The position numbers and the translations under genes were made by a program. The notes beneath the pieces were generated by a model, which was given only the letters and a program-made list of their open reading frames with translations, did not search any database and was not told the DNA's origin. Shown here one piece after another: positions 56,701-64,000 of a DNA stretch of 64,000 bases. Position 1 is the first letter of the stretch. Each line of letters begins with the position of its first letter. The stretch is from a virus (lineage: Duplodnaviria > Caudoviricetes). Location: positions 1-64,000 of IMG/VR virus record IMGVR_UViG_3300033069_001588, one strand, 5' to 3'.

Positions 56701-59700
56701 GTCAATGTTTGTGGCATTGAGGAAGATAAAGTTAAATTCTGCCCGTCGATTATTAATATCGTGTAACCGGAACTAGAGAATCCAACTTCATCTATATAAA
56801 TTGTATTACCTACAAATATGTTGTATGAACTGAAGTTTATACTGGATGTAACAACTGGGCTTCCAGCATTGGTTTGCAAATCAGTCGAAGCAATTATGTC
56901 ACCATTGGTTGAACCAACTATTTCTTCCGGGTTAACTGTTCTGAACTTTTCATGTAAATATGGTCTTAGTTTCTGTCCTGATTTTATGATATTAGGAACT
57001 TCAAAACCATCTACAAACAAATGTATTTCGTCTCTACCATTTCTAGTATTCAACTTCCAAGACGCAGCTACATGATGTAAATCACCAGCTTTCCATCCAG
57101 ACACATCCGCACTTACTATGTAAGGAATCTTGTCTTTATCGAACACTCTGAAATTCAAATAACCACTGATATCCTTAAAAATGGAAATTCTGTTTCTACT
57201 TTTCTCTTCTCCGGTATCCAAAATGTAATGATCAACATCTGAAACGAAAGTAAGACCTTCGTCAATTGGTGGTCCACCTATTATACTGAAACTAATTGTA
57301 CTGGTTCCAGTAGTAATTTTAAGATTTGAGGGCTTTGGAATTACCAAACTTTTGGCATCATAGAATGCGCCGCTAGAAGTAATTTTGAAACTGTAATTTG
57401 AACTGGAAGACGCAACATATCCATCAATAATTTCTACATACCATCTCAAGAAACTACCAGAAATATCTTTGTCATAGTAGATGAAGATTCCATCTTTGTT
57501 TTTATTTGGAACACCTACTGCATCACTTAGCTTAGTAAGTGAAAAAATTCCATCATTTATTACTGGATGATTTTCCCCGGCGCCAATAAAGACAAAAGCG
57601 GGGTTAACAGCATAACCATCTTTTTGAATATTGAAAGTCAAGGAAGCATCATTATCCAAACCATTCCAGAATGGACTGATCCAAGTTTCGAAAGTTCCTT
57701 CTTCCAATCTAATATTAGAATTGAAAGGGAAACTAACTGATTGATCTGCGGAATCTAATAGAACACCATTATCATATTTTGCTGGAAGCAATTGAAATGA
57801 ACCTGTGGTACTAATAGATTCCGGATTTAGTAGGCTGCTACCCAAAGACCAATTTTGGAAAACAGATTCTATTACTTCTGGCTCGATATGAGAAATAGTT
57901 TTGCCTATATTCTTGATGGCTGTTAAAGTGGGTCCTTGAATAAAAGAAGTTAATGCTGCTGTCAAAGCATCACGATATCTTTCACGATTGAAATCTATAT
58001 CGAAATTGGCTAATTCCGGAACATTTACCAATGTTCCGAAGTTTCTCAACAAAGCATCTCTAAGTGCCCCAACCTTGTAACTAACAAAGTAACGAGTATT
58101 GGTTGGTAGATTCTTGTTTTTTCTAAAATCAATAACATTATCACCGTATTCGTAGCTAAGAATAATTTCATCAGCCACATAGGTGTAATCAATATAGTAT
58201 TCTCCTTTATTGTAATCTACAACAATTCTTGAAAGATCATTGATTGTAAAAGTAAAGGTTACTTCAACCAAATCACCAACTATAGGAGAACCAATACCTG
58301 GTAGGATCAACTTAACAGGATTTCCAGGAACTACGATTCCAGAACCATCCCACAAAGAAACAGAATCAGACACCCTAACAATCTGAAAAGAATAACTGAT
58401 ATTTGATGATAAATATGGAATATTCTGATCAACCATTACATAATAATCAGATCCATCAAATTGTACATTTTCGAATGATTGACCTGTCAATGAATCTACT
58501 TGGATATTAAATCCGCTACTGGTGCTAGCAAAAGCAAAATTCAAAGGTTTTGTGCTGAAGAATAAATCTTCATATTCAAACACCGATCTAACAAACTTAA
58601 CTTGATTTGTTACCCCTGTAATAAAACTAGCATCTACAAAAGTTCCAACAGCCTTATTACTTATTTGGTAAACAGAATTTGTATCATTGTTTAACGACAA
58701 TTCATCAGAGTAATCTAAAGTCTGTGGAATAATAAAACCATCCCCGAAAGAATCGTAGGAGAATTTCTTATTCTTTTGATCCAAAACGCTGATTTGATAA
58801 TAGATATCATCTACACTAATCAAGTGTGGGAACTGTGGAATAATGCTATTATTTTTGTAGGAAGCCGTGCCAATGTTAAAGTTTTGCGGATTTGCTACGG
58901 CACAGTAAATGATACCATGAGTATAATCAACAAGGTACTCCCCTAAATTAGATAGCCTATTAATGTTGGTAGCTTCATCCAATTGTCTATTGAACCACTT
59001 TTCGGAGGAGAAAATAGTTACATCAGAAAATGTCAAACTAGTGTTGAAAAAGGAGGCAATGCCATCTTCTGTTCCATCAATAATAGAATTGTTAGCCAAG
59101 AATATTTTAATGACATCAAGCGCACCAGAATTGACCATAGAAGTATTGACATACAATAATTCATTGATAACGTTATTGAAACTAACTCTTTCTCCAACCA
59201 ATTGTTCTATAGCTGGTGGAGTATTGTATCTGAAATAAACTTTATCATTATTCCATCTGTCTAATGTATAGATTTCTCCAGATGTTTCATTGTAGATTCT
59301 GAATACATTAGTGACGGGGGCATTTTGTACTCTAATAGCATTAGCAGCAACTAGATTGTTTGCAATTCTTTCAGTCAAAACTTCTTGATGTATGTTTGCA
59401 ACATAATCTACGCCTGGAACTAAAACTTCCTCGTAATTGAAATTAACATTTCCTTGAGCAGTTCTCAAGTTTCCATTTGGCAATGTAACTAAATCCAACA
59501 AATCAGAATCATATACATAATCCTGTTCTGGCTTGTATGTCAATAGATAATTATATGTAGCCAATGGTGGATATGGTCCCGTACCATCGTTGGTTAAATC
59601 GGCGCCATAAACATAAACTGTACCAGTAGTATAATCAACGCTGTATTGACCTGGACTAAATGGAAGCCCATTTAATCTAAATGGCAATTCGTACAGGAAC

Positions 59701-60881
59701 GCCGGATGTTTCGTACTTCCGGCAGCATTTGGATCAATGAAGGAAATTCCTCCAGTGGTAGTAATAATATCACCATTGAAATTCGTTATAGGGGCATGTT
59801 GTAGATTGAAAATATTAATAACAGGAGGAAGAACTTCTCTGGAAGAAGACTTGACAGTAGTAACTGTTACCGTAGTCTCATCTACTACTCTGCCTAAATC
59901 CTTAGATTCATATTCCACTTGAACATTGAAAATATTAGTTAGGGAGAAATTAGGATCCTCTAATATCTTGTCGCTTATTCTAATTTGATTATCAGATAGT
60001 AAAGCATAATCAAAAGCAAATTCTTGATCATATCTAGAATTTTTGATTTGATATCCGTACTTGTCAATATCATAAGTGTAAGTGGGATTTATGGTCAACA
60101 AAGTGAACACAATGCTATTTACTTTTGTGACTGGCGAAGCTGATAGTGTCAAAACCAAACTATTAATGTTGAAATAGCCCACTTGATCAGTTGAGCTGGG
60201 TTTCAATTGCTCTACATTATCTTGTTTTTGTAAAGTAATTGGGAAAGCCGGGAAATTGTCAATAGGAAATACCAAGTGAGCATTTGCGGTACTAACGCCC
60301 CTGCCGACTCTAGTAATTTCATATGCACATTCTTGATTAAGTCTATCAGTTGGACCACTTCCTCTGGTTTGTGGTTCATCAGTGACGGTGAAACTTAAGT
60401 AGTTTTCATTCTTAACTTGATTGATATCATATAAGGCTCTAGATAAAGCAATTGATAAAGAATCAATATACTTAGAGATTAATCCATTGCTATCAGCTAA
60501 ATCATATAGATTGTCTTGGAAATATGATTTGAAGTATTCTCTTACAATATTATCGGAAGGGAGTGGACCCGTAATTAGATATCTGTTTTGTACGCCATCT
60601 TCAAACATTTTAGCCTCTCCATTTACGGAGGTAAATGGATTGGTTGGCGTAGAGGAGAAGACAATGAAATATGAAGCAAGTGGCGTCAAAGGCTGACAGG
60701 TGATGCTGAGAACATTTCCAGTAATTTTAAGAATCAATGGATCTGAATCTGGTACACCTGTGGTTTCGGATATGATAGCAGCGTTAGATGTGACAAGACC
60801 CATTGTCAAATTTTCTGTGAAAGTGACATCAATATTTGAGCTATCATTTATCTGTACGTTAACTATTCTAAGATTTTGCAT
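53745..60881 (-). CDS. giant virion structural (baseplate/tail-associated) protein with two LamG/ConA-like domains
   Basis: 2378 aa; GT.E.W.SP, (H/W)H.V.AS, LF.DG, F.G......(G)..D...I motifs twice; structural gene block. Confidence 0.75.
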   Translation of the reverse strand: MQNLRIVNVQINDSSNIDVTFTENLTMGLVTSNAAIISETTGVPDSDPLILKITGNVLSITCQPLTPLASYFIVFSSTPTNPFTSVNGEAKMFEDGVQNRYLITGPLPSDNIVREYFKSYFQDNLYDLADSNGLISKYIDSLSIALSRALYDINQVKNENYLSFTVTDEPQTRGSGPTDRLNQECAYEITRVGRGVSTANAHLVFPIDNFPAFPITLQKQDNVEQLKPSSTDQVGYFNINSLVLTLSASPVTKVNSIVFTLLTINPTYTYDIDKYGYQIKNSRYDQEFAFDYALLSDNQIRISDKILEDPNFSLTNIFNVQVEYESKDLGRVVDETTVTVTTVKSSSREVLPPVINIFNLQHAPITNFNGDIITTTGGISFIDPNAAGSTKHPAFLYELPFRLNGLPFSPGQYSVDYTTGTVYVYGADLTNDGTGPYPPLATYNYLLTYKPEQDYVYDSDLLDLVTLPNGNLRTAQGNVNFNYEEVLVPGVDYVANIHQEVLTERIANNLVAANAIRVQNAPVTNVFRIYNETSGEIYTLDRWNNDKVYFRYNTPPAIEQLVGERVSFNNVINELLYVNTSMVNSGALDVIKIFLANNSIIDGTEDGIASFFNTSLTFSDVTIFSSEKWFNRQLDEATNINRLSNLGEYLVDYTHGIIYCAVANPQNFNIGTASYKNNSIIPQFPHLISVDDIYYQISVLDQKNKKFSYDSFGDGFIIPQTLDYSDELSLNNDTNSVYQISNKAVGTFVDASFITGVTNQVKFVRSVFEYEDLFFSTKPLNFAFASTSSGFNIQVDSLTGQSFENVQFDGSDYYVMVDQNIPYLSSNISYSFQIVRVSDSVSLWDGSGIVVPGNPVKLILPGIGSPIVGDLVEVTFTFTINDLSRIVVDYNKGEYYIDYTYVADEIILSYEYGDNVIDFRKNKNLPTNTRYFVSYKVGALRDALLRNFGTLVNVPELANFDIDFNRERYRDALTAALTSFIQGPTLTAIKNIGKTISHIEPEVIESVFQNWSLGSSLLNPESISTTGSFQLLPAKYDNGVLLDSADQSVSFPFNSNIRLEEGTFETWISPFWNGLDNDASLTFNIQKDGYAVNPAFVFIGAGENHPVINDGIFSLTKLSDAVGVPNKNKDGIFIYYDKDISGSFLRWYVEIIDGYVASSSSNYSFKITSSGAFYDAKSLVIPKPSNLKITTGTSTISFSIIGGPPIDEGLTFVSDVDHYILDTGEEKSRNRISIFKDISGYLNFRVFDKDKIPYIVSADVSGWKAGDLHHVAASWKLNTRNGRDEIHLFVDGFEVPNIIKSGQKLRPYLHEKFRTVNPEEIVGSTNGDIIASTDLQTNAGSPVVTSSINFSSYNIFVGNTIYIDEVGFSSSGYTILIIDGQNLTLSSSMPQTLTNGRFSINRTQFTVVSDIDVSPNIAVSTIHSFIVGSDINGFIGSNIVTSSSLDFGAAEVQVGYLLKIEDISVTDVYTILQVSGNALIINGELPVNITNTPYIIYNVDTEQEIPGVRALSPAYSISKDVNFNNILTISDKVTIYDLILIRTLGINHRRVKRNYYVWSSDVENILMTRLPAPISLDEVDITKVILQNTSISTSNSTESGGILTSFDLVVDQPSLSLTGRTLSATIAGTNVDFSTAVHVTIDGTTLGGPANEIITFNDYGTLDSVNQYLSVNFVNVVVQPLMLNRAACTVTVKEKYSIIHAENNDGYAPVVRFSYPIGYGYTLHQSDINSVTDDNKLFSALDINNYLVISSPSNAAGFYLITGISSDRKTLFVEPTLGGDVPVFSNGTYQILNVNAYRSGLQNGFFTFEIKDMPGVPYYLNKGFYEFEYFTYTRMSLDPINAKVFVGSDFNGQLQLHGLMDQVKIYSVMLTDTRIGESIPTNQRSITKDFNSLKALTKDSNTLMLISFDSFPFSNQADFYVSPTPTKNHFYSSLVVNENFGNSLVLLDEPIILSNDGILNTRKEGTIEFWMSPLFDTSNDPHKRFYFDAFGAVTEDVISTNSVSLKLSAPANQILSVHLKSGDPRIDYFAGGKIEIDTQNATQETSTSVGNNSVVVSHPILQVITVKIANDPTNTDYFVDGAIGTDMKTIYLGRLLPANNVPVVVTYQSTENNNQNINTQVVRLNRKLPYHKSHVTVNYVPKGLQGDRIAIFKDEVGYMNFAITASGKDYVLRAPTYWSRNTWHRVKASYRVNSGPTTDEMRLFLDGYQYNNVLFGTDLICGTSPAIMGSVIVGDGYATLGNIKFKDSINQLFIGTQFDEQFPTFTLLDNLRISNMSRPIYAPYGEAIDVNYSSNLDVVFPVTADLFTTYLLNSDIVSSINTDFAILKNRETGLFDFSVNIIDSLGIVNSSIKSKEALEKLIKILKPANSRVFIHYEK

Positions 60882-60882
60882 A

Positions 60883-63800
60883 TTATCTAGTCTCTGTGTT
60901 GATAACTACATTATTAGGAGTTAGATATTCATCTTTTTGTGCCTGAATACTCTGAACTTGACCTTGATTACCTGTCTTATTGAAATATAAGATTCTTGCT
61001 CTTGCAATACCATTAACAGCTTGTGCTACGTTAATCAACGTTGGTGCGTCAACAATTTGACCAAGTTTGGTAGTAGTCATAGCAGAGACTAACTGGTCTC
61101 TTAGGTTCTGCAATACAGTTGTTGAGGAAGAAAGGAAACTATCTGCAATAACAACATTCATAGTCAAATCTGTTAGTACTTGTTTTGCTTGGCGCACCAA
61201 CACATCCGCATTGATAGGTCTAGTATTTTCTATACTAAAAGTGACATCAGTGATGATTTTGTTGTAATTGTATCTGACTACAATCCTCTCATTTGGTTTA
61301 GGTCCAAGATAGTTATAGAAGACCTTGTATCTAGATCCCAAGCTGGGTTGTGTAAAGGAAGCTCCAGTGAATTTAGTAGACTGTGATGCCTTAAATCCGC
61401 TAGAAATATAGACCTTATTAATTGAAGAGAATTTCTTGTTAGTATATAACGCACCGTTTCTAGTATAAGAAAGATTTTCAGAATCACCGTCAACAGTATA
61501 ATAGAAGGTAATTCTAATTTTATCTCCTAACGTAGGTAGATTATGAGTATTGGTATTCAGTGTATTGTTGCTAGTGCTTGGTAAGACTATATCTAGATTG
61601 TGAAGTGTCGGATCAGACAACAATTCATTAGCGTATAACAAATTATTCTGAATGGTAGTATTTTTTAAATCGTATGTAGTAAGTACTTGCAATACTTCGT
61701 CATTGCTAGCACTGGCTGTAATTACTTTTTCTAATTTGGTTATTCTAGCTACTTTTATGTTGTTAGGTATTGTCGTAGCACTTGAAATACTTAAAGCTTT
61801 TCTCAAAGCTTCAGAGATATTTAGCTTCAATCCAGTATTAGTAGCTGTAAAAACAATATCTTGAGCTTTGAATAAAGTAGTACCAGTGATAGTAATAACA
61901 CCAGTGTTTACTACTTGATCAACTGTAATGCCGGTAATTTTGGTAGGAGTTTTTCTCAAGTTGTTAAAATTAAACAACATGACATAAACCTTATCATTTG
62001 TACTAGTAAAATTACTGACGGGCAAAAGTAATTTATTGTTGCTAACATCAATTACTCCGCCATAGTTCCAAACTTCTTTTCCATCTATCACTTTAATAAT
62101 ACAGATTTGATCGGCAGTAATCTTATCTACGATATTAGTGATAGTAAGAGTGTTTAATGTCAAATCATATCCAGTAATATCATATAATCCATTATTGAAT
62201 ACGTTAGCTGCTCCTGTGATGCGTACCTTTTTGTTTGTTAAATCCAACAGAGTAGAAAAAGATGTAGCGCTTGTTAAAGATGCTGTGGAACCATTATCTA
62301 TTAACTGACCATCAGAGACTGTAAACAAAGCAATATCTGTATTTGGTTCTATTATAGAAAAGGTGACTGATGACTGAGTGGTAAACTTATTGATTGGTAC
62401 GAAAAGTTTATTGGTGCCCGGGTCCACTTTCAAAGTATCTATTCTACTGCTGATTAAACTATTGTAGTAGCTGAATGGTTGGAATTTTCTCAAATCATAA
62501 GTATAGTAGATAACTAATACCTTATCTCCGACTGCTGGAGTGTGTACACCATTCAAAACTAATTGATAATTTCCGGTGTTACTAACTATGACGCTACCCA
62601 AATTATCAGAATTCCATAGTTCTAAATTATCAGAAAGCCTAATTACTGAAACAATCTGTGATGGAGCTAATGAGAAATCGATAACCAAAGCAGTCAAGTC
62701 TATATAGAATTGATTGCTAGTGTTTTTTTGAACAGATTGGTTCTCTCTTCTTGACAAATTAACTGGACTAAAATTATTGAATCCAATATTGGAATTCAAT
62801 ATGAATCCGTTACCGATCCTGCTAATAGGCAATGCAGTGGTTGCCAAAGAAAATAGGTCAGAGATATTGGCAATGTAAGTGACTTTCAAAACAATCATAT
62901 TGGCGGTAGTATTTACCAAAGAACTTGGAATAGTAATTTGGGTTCCGCTAGAACTACCGTTAATATTGGTGCCATGAAACACATCAGCACTATTTAAGAT
63001 AACAGTTACATTATCACCATTTTGTGCCACCGTGTCGTTTGGTAGAATGATAGTTGTGCTGTACACAATATTGATACCAGATACTACTGTAACATTGCTA
63101 AAACTTCCATTCCCTTGAGCCGTGGCGAACAATTCAGAATTATTATTCTTGAAAGTTATACTATCAACAGATTGCGTTGGAATTGCCAAATTGTTAATAG
63201 TAACGGATAACCTGTTGACAAAAATACCAGAAGTAATCTTAGAAACCACCCCATTTATTTCCAAAAATGTTCTAGCATTCAATACCGTGCTAATTGGATG
63301 GCTGGATACACCAGTGAAAAATCCATTGGAAAGATCTCTTGTGAAAGAAATTTTCTCATCATTTACTATTGATGCAAATCCCCAATCAATGCTATCGGTA
63401 ACTGGTCTAGCATTTTGAGTATTGTACAAACCATCATAATCAGAGTACTGGTCATAGTTAACAATCCAACTATAATCTACCTGTAACTGATCGCTTGGAG
63501 AAGGCAAAGTGTTTCCAGAAATTTGTATTCTACCACTGGTATTAAAAGTTCCAGTATTATCCAAATTTTGATTTGTTACAATATACCTTTCACCTGTATG
63601 AACATTGAATACTCTTGTGACGTTAGTTGACGGGGTATGTAATAATTGAATAATTGATCTATCAGAGGTAACAATACTGTTTTCATTGGTGATAGAGATA
63701 TTTTGTTGTACTTGTGGTATGGTTAAAACATCTGTAAAAGTAACAGCATCCTGTCCATTTAGTTGACCCTTAATAATATCTTCGCTGAATTTAATTTGAT

Positions 63801-63999
63801 TATTAATCCAAACAAATGTATCAAATCCCCATGGGCTGCCGCCATAAATACCAGTATCTTTTACTAAATCATAATTTCCAGATACTCTACCTAATGAATC
63901 AACAGATTTTGGTAAGAAATTAGATCCACTACTTGAACCTGTAACTTCGAGAATTCCATTAATTGGTTGTATGGGTAGAATGCCATTAGCAAGATTATC
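60883..63999 (-). CDS. baseplate wedge/baseplate J-like large structural protein (partial; start beyond window)
   Basis: Frame is open from 63999 through the ORF-track start at 63564; C-terminal RPINADVLVR...LGQIVD..LI..AQAVNGI resembles baseplate-J C-termini. Confidence 0.68.
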   Translation of the reverse strand, partial: DNLANGILPIQPINGILEVTGSSSGSNFLPKSVDSLGRVSGNYDLVKDTGIYGGSPWGFDTFVWINNQIKFSEDIIKGQLNGQDAVTFTDVLTIPQVQQNISITNENSIVTSDRSIIQLLHTPSTNVTRVFNVHTGERYIVTNQNLDNTGTFNTSGRIQISGNTLPSPSDQLQVDYSWIVNYDQYSDYDGLYNTQNARPVTDSIDWGFASIVNDEKISFTRDLSNGFFTGVSSHPISTVLNARTFLEINGVVSKITSGIFVNRLSVTINNLAIPTQSVDSITFKNNNSELFATAQGNGSFSNVTVVSGINIVYSTTIILPNDTVAQNGDNVTVILNSADVFHGTNINGSSSGTQITIPSSLVNTTANMIVLKVTYIANISDLFSLATTALPISRIGNGFILNSNIGFNNFSPVNLSRRENQSVQKNTSNQFYIDLTALVIDFSLAPSQIVSVIRLSDNLELWNSDNLGSVIVSNTGNYQLVLNGVHTPAVGDKVLVIYYTYDLRKFQPFSYYNSLISSRIDTLKVDPGTNKLFVPINKFTTQSSVTFSIIEPNTDIALFTVSDGQLIDNGSTASLTSATSFSTLLDLTNKKVRITGAANVFNNGLYDITGYDLTLNTLTITNIVDKITADQICIIKVIDGKEVWNYGGVIDVSNNKLLLPVSNFTSTNDKVYVMLFNFNNLRKTPTKITGITVDQVVNTGVITITGTTLFKAQDIVFTATNTGLKLNISEALRKALSISSATTIPNNIKVARITKLEKVITASASNDEVLQVLTTYDLKNTTIQNNLLYANELLSDPTLHNLDIVLPSTSNNTLNTNTHNLPTLGDKIRITFYYTVDGDSENLSYTRNGALYTNKKFSSINKVYISSGFKASQSTKFTGASFTQPSLGSRYKVFYNYLGPKPNERIVVRYNYNKIITDVTFSIENTRPINADVLVRQAKQVLTDLTMNVVIADSFLSSSTTVLQNLRDQLVSAMTTTKLGQIVDAPTLINVAQAVNGIARARILYFNKTGNQGQVQSIQAQKDEYLTPNNVVINTETR

Positions 64000-64000
64000 A

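Noticed and set aside
12592-63418. Numerous 60-156-aa ORF-track entries antisense to or nested in long genes (e.g. 12592..13056, 30707..30931, 38084..38554, 39641..40033, 54936..55274)
   Set aside because: Shadow ORFs of well-supported genes, with no motifs or SD support
60883-63564. ORF-track start at 63564 for the last gene
   Set aside because: The frame stays open to the window edge, so the gene is 5'-truncated by the window
1-64000. CRISPR array, tRNA, rRNA or large ncRNA
   Set aside because: No regularly spaced direct repeats or cloverleaf motifs seen; intergenic gaps are short and AT-rich. Checked by eye only
1-64000. Eukaryotic giant virus (NCLDV) or bacterial chromosome origin
   Set aside because: SD sequences, sigma70 promoters, sigma factor, IF-1, DnaB/DnaC and baseplate/fibre genes with coupled operons indicate a bacteriophage; the gene mix lacks chromosomal operon context
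1-64000. Active stop-codon reassignment in this window
   Set aside because: Coding density under the standard code is near complete and multi-kb genes are unbroken; only avoidance of TAG stops is reported

Overview
AT-rich, densely coding 64-kb segment of a large (jumbo/huge-type) tailed bacteriophage genome, read in the standard code. It carries nucleotide-metabolism genes (dUTPase, HD nucleotidase, IMPDH/GMPR-family enzyme, thyX, class II RNR), replication/repair genes (DnaB, DnaC-like loader, SF2 helicase, two DEDDh exonucleases, Fpg/Nei), a sigma-70-family factor, host-like translation genes (IF-1, methionine aminopeptidase), PIN-PhoH, a SET-domain protein, a tubulin/FtsZ-family GTPase, sugar-modification genes, nine free-standing homing-endonuclease-like genes, two tail-fibre-like genes and a block of very large baseplate/tail proteins running off the right end. 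No tRNA, rRNA, CRISPR array, intron or intein was recognised. The most striking unexplained signal is a shared C-terminal peptide tag (consensus about E-F-x-R-h-h-x-L-K/L-A/V/I-F-W/V/L-stop, 'LKAFW') on at least 13 mostly unrelated small proteins across the window. It is conserved at protein level but not DNA level, and is a candidate undescribed phage protein-sorting, docking or degradation signal. A second shared motif (A-x-x-F-E-x-x-A...AQ) marks another protein set. None of the ~75 accepted genes ends in TAG. All product calls come from motif recognition by eye; no database searches were run.
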